Shown here piece by piece: positions 45,878-56,604 of a stretch of DNA of 64,000 bases. The stretch lies in the NCBI GenBank assembly GCA_022703585.1, contig JAKLDJ010000003.1, forward strand, positions 78,250 to 142,249, read 5' to 3'. Every line of letters starts with the position of its first letter. The first letter of the stretch is position 1. The position numbers were made by a program, and so were the translations under genes. The DNA comes from Candidatus Omnitrophota bacterium. GTDB lineage: Bacteria > Omnitrophota > Gorgyraeia > Zapsychrales > JAKLDJ01. The notes beneath the pieces are model-generated. The model was not told the origin of the DNA and made no database searches. It saw only the letters and a program-made list of their open reading frames with translations.

Positions 45878-46672
45878 TTGAACCAAGCGGAGAGAGGAAA
45901 TTTGAGTAATTCATCGAGAAAATTTGAAATACTAAATGTCAGAATCGATGCAACTGATATTCTTTCTGTTTGTGCCTCCCTTGAGCATTGGATTCGAACT
46001 TCTGCCAAGGTTTATGTATGTATTGCTCCTGTGTCGACTCTCGTTGAATGCCAAGGAAACAAAAAATACCTTGATATCGTTAACAATGCAGCTGCCGTTA
46101 CCCCCGACGGAATGCCGTTAGTCTGGGTGGGAAAATGGAAGGGGTTTAAGAATATCCGCAGGACTTACGGCCCGGATCTTATGATTGCGGTTTGCGCCGA
46201 GGGACAGGATAAGGGATATAAACACTATTTTTACGGCGCTACGCCGGAGACATGCCGTTTGCTTGAGGTCAATCTTAAAAAAAGATTTCCCCGAATGAGC
46301 ATTGCAGGAAAGTTTTCCCCTCCATTTCGAGACCTATCGGAGGAAGAAGATAACCAGATCGTAGAATCAATCAATCGGGCCAACCCGGATATTTTATGGG
46401 TCGGCTTGGGCTCGCCAAAGCAGGATTACTGGATGTATTATCATCGTGATCGATTAAACGTGCCGGTTATGGTTGGGGTGGGGGCGGCCTTTGATTTTCT
46501 GGCCGGGACAAAACCGCAGGCGCCCCGTTGGATGCAGCGCTCCGGACTGGAGTGGCTATTCCGGTTTTGCTGTGAGCCCAAAAGATTGTGGCGCCGGTAT
46601 TTAATCGGGAATTCAAAATTCATTTTTTATCTGTTAAAAGACTGTTTTCGAAAGAATAAAGAAAGACAATAG
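45878..46672 (+). CDS. WecB/TagA/CpsF family (GT26) glycosyltransferase
   Basis: ILNVRIDATD, TPDGMPLVWVGKWKG and GLGSPKQDYW match GT26 conserved blocks. An alternative TTG start at 45902 sits 4 nt after GGAGAGAGGAAA. Confidence 0.75.
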   Translation: MNQAERGNLSNSSRKFEILNVRIDATDILSVCASLEHWIRTSAKVYVCIAPVSTLVECQGNKKYLDIVNNAAAVTPDGMPLVWVGKWKGFKNIRRTYGPDLMIAVCAEGQDKGYKHYFYGATPETCRLLEVNLKKRFPRMSIAGKFSPPFRDLSEEEDNQIVESINRANPDILWVGLGSPKQDYWMYYHRDRLNVPVMVGVGAAFDFLAGTKPQAPRWMQRSGLEWLFRFCCEPKRLWRRYLIGNSKFIFYLLKDCFRKNKERQ

Positions 46673-47009
46673 GCCAAACATTATCTCGTTTTATCCGAAA
46701 ACAGGACAGGAGCTAGGCTTGGCCGTTGCCCCGTTGCATGTGTTTCTCGCTATTATCGCCCCGGTTTTAAAGGCCTGTTACAACGATTTTCGACGCAATC
46801 CGCTTGATTTTTAAGGAGCGTCTCGAAGTCGGACCGGATACTCGGAAGTTTCATTCCCACCACAAGCTATCGGCTAGAATTATATAAGGGCTTAAGTCTT
46901 TGCTGATTCAGGGGTTAAGCTAAAAATACATCCCAAAGAATAGCTTGGGGATATCTTTAATCTTTGAGGCTTGTCTTTTTCTCTCTGATAGCCCCGGCAA
47001 GGTTAGGGC

Positions 47010-47037
47010 TTGACAATAATGTATTCTTTGGTAGGAT
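47010..47037 (+). promoter_or_regulatory. candidate sigma70-like promoter (TTGACA, 16 nt, TAGGAT) upstream of the WbaP-like gene
   Basis: Consensus -35 TTGACA at 47010-47015 and a weak -10 TAGGAT at 47032-47037. Lies in a 435-nt noncoding gap. Confidence 0.2.
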
Positions 47038-47108
47038 TTTAATGTTTAAAGAAGCAAGGTCTTGGCTCTAATTTAGTGTGGATGCGGTAGGCTTTTCTCT
47101 CTATCTAA

Positions 47109-48545
47109 GTGATCCCTTTTATGAGACCAAAAAATAAAAACTCCATTATCCGCTTTCTTTACATCGTATTAGATATATATATCACCTACGTCGCTATCTT
47201 CATTGCCTGTTTATTCAGGCAGGAAATACTGACGTTTCCGGTTTCTTTCCACTACCTGCTTGTGGATCAAGACAACCCTTTTCGCATTCTTTTCTTATCC
47301 TGGATTTTCCTGACCGTATTCTTTAATAATCTTCACGGCCTCTACCAGACCAGAAGAGAACTATTTGAAGGAGTGGAAATATGGCTGATCATAAAGTCGA
47401 TTTGCCTATCATCCTTAGGGATGATCACGCTGCAGTACATTCTTAAGATCCCCGGTTTTCCCAGAAGTATTTTTATTATCAGTATTATCTTGATGATTCT
47501 TTCGCTTTCTCTCTGGCGGGCGATTAAACGGGTATTTGTCGAATATCTCGTTTCACACGGCTACAACAATTTTAATGCCCTTATCATCGGTGCCGGAAGG
47601 ATCGGCACGGCCCTGTTTAAGGAGATTGAAAAAAGGCCGGGCTTAGGGATTCGGGTTGTGGGTTTTTTGGATGACCTCAAGGTCGAAGCGGGGGATAGCA
47701 AGCATGCGAAAGTTTTGGGTAAGATTTCTGATTTTGCCGAGATTGCCCGAAAGGAATTTGTTAATAAGATTTTTATTACTGTCCATCATGACAGCAATGC
47801 TTTTTTGAACTTGCTGGAACAAGCCCGGGAAATGAATATTGCGGTCAGGGTGGTTCCCCAGGGGTTTGATTTAACGTCGGGAGAATTTTTTAAATACAAC
47901 ATTGGCCTGATTCCGATTCTTGAATACGCGGATGTTCAGAACTTGCGCAAGCAGGCGGGGAAAAGGATCTTCGATCTTATTATTAGCTTGGCTGCTTTTA
48001 TTGTGCTCTTACCGGTATTTTTTGTTATCGGCGTTATCATTAAGTTTGACAGCGCCGGCCCGGTTTTTTATATGTCCAAAAGGTACGGAAAAGGCGGAAA
48101 GATATTTAATATGTACAAATTCCGCAGTATGACGCGCAATGCGGACAAATCGCTGGATCAGATACGCCACCAAAATGAAGTCGACGGGCCTATTTTTAAA
48201 ATCAAGAAGGATCCGCGGGTGACCAAGTTCGGCGCTATCTTGAGGAAATATAGCTTAGATGAGCTTCCGCAGATTATTAATGTTTTACAAGGGGAAATGA
48301 GTTTAGTCGGCCCTCGGCCTTTGCCCATTGATCAAATCGAAAAAGAGGACTTAAAACAGCTTAAACGCCTTGAAGTGCGCCCGGGGATGACGGGCCTTTG
48401 GCAAATCAGAGGCAGAAGCGATGTCGCATTCTCGCGGCTGGTCAAGTGGGATATCTGGTATATCAATAATTGGTCATTCTGGCTGGACCTGAATATTCTT
48501 TTCCAAACCATTCCTGTTGTTCTAAAGGGTAAAGGCGCTTATTAA
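47109..48545 (+). CDS. polyprenyl-phosphate hexose-1-phosphate transferase (WbaP/CpsE-like initiating sugar transferase)
   Basis: 4 N-terminal TM helices and a central Rossmann-like region. The C-terminus RIFDLIISLAAFIVLLPVF...KFRSM...DELPQIINVLQGEMSLVGPRP is the bacterial sugar transferase domain. Confidence 0.85.
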   Translation: MIPFMRPKNKNSIIRFLYIVLDIYITYVAIFIACLFRQEILTFPVSFHYLLVDQDNPFRILFLSWIFLTVFFNNLHGLYQTRRELFEGVEIWLIIKSICLSSLGMITLQYILKIPGFPRSIFIISIILMILSLSLWRAIKRVFVEYLVSHGYNNFNALIIGAGRIGTALFKEIEKRPGLGIRVVGFLDDLKVEAGDSKHAKVLGKISDFAEIARKEFVNKIFITVHHDSNAFLNLLEQAREMNIAVRVVPQGFDLTSGEFFKYNIGLIPILEYADVQNLRKQAGKRIFDLIISLAAFIVLLPVFFVIGVIIKFDSAGPVFYMSKRYGKGGKIFNMYKFRSMTRNADKSLDQIRHQNEVDGPIFKIKKDPRVTKFGAILRKYSLDELPQIINVLQGEMSLVGPRPLPIDQIEKEDLKQLKRLEVRPGMTGLWQIRGRSDVAFSRLVKWDIWYINNWSFWLDLNILFQTIPVVLKGKGAY

Positions 48546-48555
48546 TAAAGATTTC

Positions 48556-49866
48556 ATGATGAATCTCCAACGCTTTCAGCAGAACCTCGACAGCCTTGCC
48601 AGATTCTTTTTGTATCTGCTTATTTTTTGGATTCCTTTCAGTAACGCCGTCATTGAAAGCTGTGTCATCACGGTCTTTTTTTTGTGGCTGGTAAAGAAAT
48701 CTCTTTCAGCGTCTCCCGGGGCACTTAAAAATTTAACCGCGAAAAAAAAGATCCAGGAATTCCTCAGGGGTTTTAAAGTTAAGGGCAGCTTCTTAAATAT
48801 CCCGATCGCGGTTTTTCTTTACATGGGTCTCCTTTCCGCGCTTTGGAGCCGCGCACCGTTTCAGTCCTTGCACGGCTTAATTTCTAAAACACTGGAATGG
48901 TTTGTTATCTATTTTCTGGTTCTGGAATTTTTTACTGAAAAGAAATACATCATCGTTGCCTTGGCTGTCTTTTTATTCTCGGCGGTTTCGGTCTGCGCCG
49001 ATAGCCTTATCCAATTTTACATCACCGGAAAGGATGTCTTTTTTGGATATGCCTCTACCGAGAGAGCAACGGCCTGTTTTTATACGGGCAACGGTTTAGG
49101 CGGATATCTTTTGTTTGCCCTGTCATTGAGCGCCGGTTTTTTTATCGCGGAGACAAAGAATAAACCAAAAACGATTATTTTCGGGTTGATATTTCTTCTG
49201 GCATTTTGGGTTTTAGTGATAACTTTCTCAAGGGGGGCATGGGTGGCTATGGCCTTTGGAGCAGTTGCCTTCTTATTCTTTAAGAAAAGAATTCTTTCGT
49301 ATTTATTAATGTTGTGCCTTGTTGTCCTTGCCGTCGATTTCTTTTTCATTTTGCCTTCAGATATAAAGCAAAAGATTCGGATTGATCCGCAGGAAATGCT
49401 GGGAACTGCCGGATGGAGGAGGGATGTTTGGCAGGACAGCCTTAAGATGGTCAGGGATAAACCGTGGCTGGGCCATGGGCCAAATACGTTTATGAAGATT
49501 TTCCAGCAAGATCAATATCGCCGAAGGCCCGAGAATCGTTCGTATGATCCTACCTATGCCCACAATTGTTATGTGCAGATGGCCGCCGAGGTAGGATTGC
49601 TGGGGCTTGGGTGTTTTTTGTGGATCCTAGGCAGGTTCTTTAGAAATATCGGACGCATGATTCTGGATAAGAGGATTCAGGATCGCTCAGGCTTAAAAAT
49701 GATATTGCTGGGATTATTGATAGGATCTTTTAGTTTCTGCGTGCATAGTTTTCTTGACACTCATTTTTATTCTTTAAAACTATCCTCACTTTTCTGGTTT
49801 ATAATGGGGCTGAGTGTTTGCTTGCATAAAATATTGAGCCAACCGGAAATCTGTGATATAACATAG
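48556..49866 (+). CDS. O-antigen ligase/polymerase family membrane protein (Wzy_C)
   Basis: At least 10 TM helices and the motif [18 protein letters not shown] (H-N-x-Y...E-x-G). Confidence 0.7.
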   Translation: MMNLQRFQQNLDSLARFFLYLLIFWIPFSNAVIESCVITVFFLWLVKKSLSASPGALKNLTAKKKIQEFLRGFKVKGSFLNIPIAVFLYMGLLSALWSRAPFQSLHGLISKTLEWFVIYFLVLEFFTEKKYIIVALAVFLFSAVSVCADSLIQFYITGKDVFFGYASTERATACFYTGNGLGGYLLFALSLSAGFFIAETKNKPKTIIFGLIFLLAFWVLVITFSRGAWVAMAFGAVAFLFFKKRILSYLLMLCLVVLAVDFFFILPSDIKQKIRIDPQEMLGTAGWRRDVWQDSLKMVRDKPWLGHGPNTFMKIFQQDQYRRRPENRSYDPTYAHNCYVQMAAEVGLLGLGCFLWILGRFFRNIGRMILDKRIQDRSGLKMILLGLLIGSFSFCVHSFLDTHFYSLKLSSLFWFIMGLSVCLHKILSQPEICDIT

Positions 49867-49895
49867 CTTCTATTTATATTATTAAAGGGGGCTGT

Positions 49896-51868
<1,973 letters not shown>

Positions 51869-51880
51869 AACAGAAGGGTT

Positions 51881-53269
51881 GTGATGAATAAAGAAAAGCT
51901 GGTCTTGTGGTGTGATAAGGCGATGGTGTTCGCATTCTGTGCCCTGATCTATTTTACGCCTATCTCGATCGCCCTGGTTGAGATTTTTGCAGTTATCGTC
52001 CTTGTTTTCTTTTTTATTAAACGCGGAATCATTTTTTACGCCGATTTAAAGAATTTATTAGGCGAACGCCGGGGACCTGTCTTTGTCAAGGCGGTCAGAT
52101 TGTTTCTGAAATCTTTTGCGCCGGTTAAGAATTATCTGAACCGGCCGATCGGGATCTTTATCCTGATCGGATTTTTTTCGATCTTTATAAGCAAATACCC
52201 GATTCTTAGCATCAAAGGATTTTTCTTCAAATTATTGGAATGGACGTTCTTGTACTTTACTTTTATCGAGTGTTTTTCTGATAAAAAACGCTTGAAGATT
52301 TTTGTTACTGTTTTTATGGCGTCGGCGGTTTTGGTGTGTTTAAGCGGTTTCATCCAGCAATTTACCAAAGTCGACTTTATACGCGGTTATCAGTTTTCCC
52401 AGGGCAGGATTACGTCTTCTTTTAATCACGCGAATAATTTAGCCGCCTATCTTTTAATCGTTTCGCTCATATTCTTTGCCTTTGCATCTTTTAATAATTT
52501 GCGAAGTAGTGCTGGAAAGAATATGCCTATTCTGCGGCGCCCTATACTTTTACGACTCCTTTACGCAGGCCTTTTTGCGCTGTCGATGATATGTTTAGGG
52601 CTCACGTATTCCCGAGGGGCTTGGGTGGCATTCATTGCGGCATTGCTTTTTCTCGGGCTGTCCAAAAGAAAAGTCTTCCCCGTTTGCGTGCTGGTTATTG
52701 CCGTTTTTCTTGCCGTATTCCTTCCCTTGCTGAGCATGAAGAGAAATGTTTCGTTTTCATCGGATAACACTACTTTGCAGTTGGAACAAAAAACAGTGCA
52801 AAAGACCGAAAATCAGCCGGTGGGAAAACCTGCCCCTAAACAGCAAAATTTTAACGCTTCGGGAAGGATAGTTTTCTGGAATGATGCCGTTAAGATCATT
52901 CGAGAATTTCCGCTGGGTATAGGCCTGAACACGTATTCCAAGGTTTCTTATAAATATGACCAGGTATGGGGAGGCTATCCTCATAATTGTTACTTGCAGC
53001 TTGCGGCAGAGATGGGTATCTTAGGCTTGCTAGTTTTTCTTTGGCTCATGATTGTTCTTTTTAAGAATTCCATCCGTCATCTGCAAACAATGAATGATGA
53101 GTTTTTGACTGCGCTTCTAGCGGGTTCTCTGGCGGGTTTGCTGGGGTTTATGCTTCATAGCGGTGTGGATACCAATTTTTATTCCGTTCAGTTAGGCAAT
53201 TTAATGTGGGTTGTCATGGGGGTTATTGTCGCAGTCCAGCAAATCGATCTTGCGGGGCGGAAGGGCTGA
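51881..53269 (+). CDS. O-antigen ligase/polymerase family membrane protein (second paralog)
   Basis: GGYPHNCYLQLAAEMGILGL motif. The protein aligns block-by-block with 48556..49866. Confidence 0.7.
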   Translation: MMNKEKLVLWCDKAMVFAFCALIYFTPISIALVEIFAVIVLVFFFIKRGIIFYADLKNLLGERRGPVFVKAVRLFLKSFAPVKNYLNRPIGIFILIGFFSIFISKYPILSIKGFFFKLLEWTFLYFTFIECFSDKKRLKIFVTVFMASAVLVCLSGFIQQFTKVDFIRGYQFSQGRITSSFNHANNLAAYLLIVSLIFFAFASFNNLRSSAGKNMPILRRPILLRLLYAGLFALSMICLGLTYSRGAWVAFIAALLFLGLSKRKVFPVCVLVIAVFLAVFLPLLSMKRNVSFSSDNTTLQLEQKTVQKTENQPVGKPAPKQQNFNASGRIVFWNDAVKIIREFPLGIGLNTYSKVSYKYDQVWGGYPHNCYLQLAAEMGILGLLVFLWLMIVLFKNSIRHLQTMNDEFLTALLAGSLAGLLGFMLHSGVDTNFYSVQLGNLMWVVMGVIVAVQQIDLAGRKG

Positions 53270-53271
53270 TT

Positions 53272-54042
53272 ATGCTCCAAGGTAAGAAAATCATCGTTGT
53301 CCTCCCTGCCTATAATGCCGAGAAGACCTTTCAGCGGACCTATGATGAAATTCCCAAAGACATCGTCGATGAAATTATCCTAGTCGACGACCATTCACGC
53401 GATCATACGGCTGAGGTTGCGCGCAAGGCCGGTGTCTCGGTTATCACGCACGAAAGAAATCTAGGTTACGGCGGTAACCAAAAGACGTGCTACAAAGAAG
53501 CCCTAAAAAGAGGAGCCGATATTATTATTATGCTTCATCCCGATTATCAGTATCCGCCCAAGCTGGTCGCGCCCATGGCAGCGTTGATTGCTTCGGGGAT
53601 GTTTGACGTGGTCTTAGGCTCGAGAATACTGGGGGGCTATGCGCTTAAAGGAGGCATGCCTTTCTACAAATATATTTCCAATCGCCTTCTGACGGCGTTT
53701 GAGAATTTAATGACAGGACAAAAATTATCCGAATACCACACCGGATACCGGGCATTCTCAAGAGAAGTTTTAATCAATTTACCTATCTTAGAGAACTCCG
53801 ATGATTTTATTTTTGATAATCAAATACTGACTCAGGTATTCTGTTTCGGCTACCGGATAGGCGAAATAACTTCGCCGTGTTCGTATAATCAGGATTGTTC
53901 ATCGATAAGCTTTCGAAGAAGCGTCCAATATGGTTTTGGAGTTTTGAACAGCAGCATGCGCTATTGGCTTCAAAAAAGAGGCTTGAGGCATTACCGGCTG
54001 TTTGACAAGCAAAACGGTGCTAAGCTGGTCGTGAGCCTCTGA
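53272..54042 (+). CDS. GT2 polyprenyl-phosphate sugar synthase (DPM1-like, soluble)
   Basis: KIIVVLPAYNAEKTF...ILVDDHSRDHT...HTGYRAFSR. It is a strong paralog of the C-terminal half of 39184..40875. I chose the ATG at 53272, which follows the upstream TGA by 2 nt. Confidence 0.8.
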   Translation: MLQGKKIIVVLPAYNAEKTFQRTYDEIPKDIVDEIILVDDHSRDHTAEVARKAGVSVITHERNLGYGGNQKTCYKEALKRGADIIIMLHPDYQYPPKLVAPMAALIASGMFDVVLGSRILGGYALKGGMPFYKYISNRLLTAFENLMTGQKLSEYHTGYRAFSREVLINLPILENSDDFIFDNQILTQVFCFGYRIGEITSPCSYNQDCSSISFRRSVQYGFGVLNSSMRYWLQKRGLRHYRLFDKQNGAKLVVSL

Positions 54043-54070
54043 TGTGCCGGATTTTCGACAGGAGTGAGCC

Positions 54071-54098
54071 TTGCGTTTTATTGACAAAACTAATAAGT
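54071..54098 (+). promoter_or_regulatory. near-consensus sigma70 promoter upstream of pgk
   Basis: TTGACA (54071-54076), then 16 nt, then TATAAT (54093-54098). It lies 70 nt upstream of the pgk ATG in the 125-nt gap that ends the glycan locus. Confidence 0.45.
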
Positions 54099-54167
54099 CG
54101 GCTATAATAATGAATCGCTTTTAGCGACAGAGGGTGTAGGGTATTAAAATCACGGGGAGATTTAAAA

Positions 54168-55352
54168 ATGAATAAAATGATGCTTAAAGACGCGAATTTT
54201 AGCGGAAAAAAAGTTATTGTCAGAGCTGATTTTAATGTTCCCCTGGATAAGAGCCTGAAAATCACCGATGACCGGCGTATCAGGGAGTCCTTGCCGACCA
54301 TTAATTATCTGCTTAAAAACGGCGCTGCCAAGATTATCCTGATGAGTCACTTAGGCCGTCCCGATGCCCAAGTTGTTGAAAATCTTAGGCTTCGGCCCGT
54401 GGCCAAAAGACTGGAAGAGCTTCTTTCTCAGAAAGTCTTGGCGCTTGATGACTGCATTGGTGATGCCGTAAAACAAAAAATCGCCGGATCTCCGGAAAAG
54501 ATTATTTTACTTGAGAATTTAAGATTTCATAAAGAAGAAGAGAAGAATGACCCAAAATTTGCCCAAGAACTTAGCTCCCTTGCGGATATTTATGTTAATG
54601 ATGCCTTCGGAACCGCTCACCGGGCCCATGCTTCAACCGCGGGTATTGCCAAATATCTTCCGGCGGTCGCAGGCTTCCTACTGGAAAAGGAAATCAATTA
54701 TTTAGGGAAGGCCGTTTCCAATCCGCAAAAACCGTTTGTGGTTATTCTAGGCGGGGCCAAGGTTTCGGATAAAATTCTTCTCATTGAGAATATGCTACCC
54801 AAAACCGATTGCATTATTATCGGCGGCGGCATGGCGTATACCTTCTTGAAGGCCCAGGGCATAGCCATTGGTAATTCGAAATTAGAAGCCGACAAATTGG
54901 ATGTTGCCAAGAGCCTTTTGGAAAAGGCCAAGGCTAAAAATGTCAAGATCGCTCTTCCCGTCGATCATGTTATTACCAAGAGTATTGATTCGACTGATGA
55001 TGTTAAGACGGTTACTGATATACCTGATGGTTATATAGCGGTTGATGTCGGTCCGGTGACATGTAAGAATTTTAAAGGCATTCTTTCTACTGCCAAGACA
55101 ATTGTCTGGAACGGACCCTTAGGGATATTTGAAAAAGATGCCTTTGCTCAAGGGACCAAAGATGTTGCCCAGTATATAGGGAATCTAAAAGGTGTCATCT
55201 CGATTATCGGCGGCGGGGATACGGCGGCCGCGATGGCAAAATTTAAGATTGAAGATAAAATGACTCATATCTCGACCGGCGGCGGGGCGTCGCTTGAATA
55301 TCTCGAGGGCAAGGAATTACCCGGCATTGCCGTTCTTCAGGATAAGAAATAG
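54168..55352 (+). CDS. pgk: phosphoglycerate kinase
   Basis: IVRADFNVP, MSHLGRP, the FGTAHRAH hinge and GGGASLE are present. RBS GGGGAG. Confidence 0.95.
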   Translation: MNKMMLKDANFSGKKVIVRADFNVPLDKSLKITDDRRIRESLPTINYLLKNGAAKIILMSHLGRPDAQVVENLRLRPVAKRLEELLSQKVLALDDCIGDAVKQKIAGSPEKIILLENLRFHKEEEKNDPKFAQELSSLADIYVNDAFGTAHRAHASTAGIAKYLPAVAGFLLEKEINYLGKAVSNPQKPFVVILGGAKVSDKILLIENMLPKTDCIIIGGGMAYTFLKAQGIAIGNSKLEADKLDVAKSLLEKAKAKNVKIALPVDHVITKSIDSTDDVKTVTDIPDGYIAVDVGPVTCKNFKGILSTAKTIVWNGPLGIFEKDAFAQGTKDVAQYIGNLKGVISIIGGGDTAAAMAKFKIEDKMTHISTGGGASLEYLEGKELPGIAVLQDKK

Positions 55353-55388
55353 CTTGTTTATTGTTTGGTTATCTTTTTGGAGAAAATA

Positions 55389-56156
55389 ATGAGAAAAATA
55401 ATTATTGCAGGAAATTGGAAATTAAATAAAACCTCGCTGGAGGCCATTGATTTTGTCACCATGCTTAAAAGACAGCTGGATGATGTGACGGCGGTGGACA
55501 TTGTTGTTTGCCCCGTTTTTACTGCCTTAGCCGACTGTTCAGAAGTTTTGGAAAGCTCCAATATCGGCCTGGGAGCGCAGGATGTCTATTGGGAGGATTC
55601 GGGTGCTTTTACGGGCGAGGTTTCCGCGCCCATGCTCAAGGATATCGGCGTGCAATATGTTATTATCGGCCACTCCGAGCGGAGGCAGTTTTTCGGAGAA
55701 ACGAATACAAGCGTTCAAAAAAAGGTTAAAGCGGCCCTTAAGCACGGATTGATTCCCATTGTTTGTGTCGGGGAAACTCTTCAGGAGAGGGAAGCAAATC
55801 GTACCTTTGATGTTATTAAGAAACAGTGCGAAGAATCATTGGCCGGGTTTTCGGCTGAAGAAATACAAAAAATGATTTTGGCCTACGAGCCGGTGTGGGC
55901 CATAGGTACCGGTAAAACCGCGACCTCGCAACAGGCCCAGGAGGTGCACCAATTTATCCGGCAGCTTTTAGTTAAGATGCACGGCAAGGATACGGCTTCA
56001 ACAGTTCGCATCCAGTACGGCGGAAGCGTAAAGCCCGAAAACATCAAAGAATTAACCTCGCAGGAAGATATTGACGGCGCGTTAGTGGGAGGGGCCAGCC
56101 TTAAAGAAGATTCTTTTGTAAAAATTGTCAAGAATTGCTGTGATGTTCAAAAATAG
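55389..56156 (+). CDS. tpiA: triosephosphate isomerase
   Basis: IIAGNWKLN, GAQDVYWE, IIGHSERR, VCVGE and AYEPVWAIGTG are present. I chose the ATG at 55389, preceded by RBS GGAGAAA. Confidence 0.95.
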   Translation: MRKIIIAGNWKLNKTSLEAIDFVTMLKRQLDDVTAVDIVVCPVFTALADCSEVLESSNIGLGAQDVYWEDSGAFTGEVSAPMLKDIGVQYVIIGHSERRQFFGETNTSVQKKVKAALKHGLIPIVCVGETLQEREANRTFDVIKKQCEESLAGFSAEEIQKMILAYEPVWAIGTGKTATSQQAQEVHQFIRQLLVKMHGKDTASTVRIQYGGSVKPENIKELTSQEDIDGALVGGASLKEDSFVKIVKNCCDVQK

Positions 56157-56172
56157 GAGAAAGGATATTTAG

Positions 56173-56604
56173 ATGTTTGGATTTATCGTTTTTATTCATG
56201 TTCTTTTGTGCATCCTTATTACAATAGTTATTTTAATGCAGGCCGGAAAAGGCGGTGGTCTGGCGGAAAGTTTTTCCTCGGCCGAATCAATGTTTGGCGC
56301 CAAGACCAATACCATCCTTGTCAAGACGACGGCTGTGTTTGTTTCGATTTTTCTGGTGACCTGTTTAAGTTTAGCGGTTATTTCTTCCAAGGCCAACCGG
56401 TCGCTTATTGATAAAGAAGCGATTGAAAAAGCGGTAGCCGCGGCAGCTTCGGGCCAGCCGGTTGATCAAAAGGCGGCTGGCGCGGCATCGGCTCAACCCG
56501 GAACGATTTCTGGTGCACAAGCGATACAAGAAAATGCGCAGAAGGAGAATTTGCCAAATCAGCAATCCTCCCAACCCAACGAGCCAAAAAATCCTCAAAA
56601 ATAA
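56173..56604 (+). CDS. secG: preprotein translocase subunit SecG with a low-complexity C-terminal extension
   Basis: HVLLCILITIVILMQAGKGGGL and a second TM helix. Position after pgk-tpiA is the conserved arrangement. The C-terminal 60 aa are Ala/Gln/Pro-rich. Confidence 0.8.
   Translation: MFGFIVFIHVLLCILITIVILMQAGKGGGLAESFSSAESMFGAKTNTILVKTTAVFVSIFLVTCLSLAVISSKANRSLIDKEAIEKAVAAAASGQPVDQKAAGAASAQPGTISGAQAIQENAQKENLPNQQSSQPNEPKNPQK

Noticed and set aside
45960-46000. GTTCGAATCC-like T-loop sequence on the minus strand, checked as a possible tRNA
   Set aside because: The flanking bases cannot form a T-stem, no acceptor or anticodon arms are evident, and it lies inside a well-supported GT26 coding sequence.
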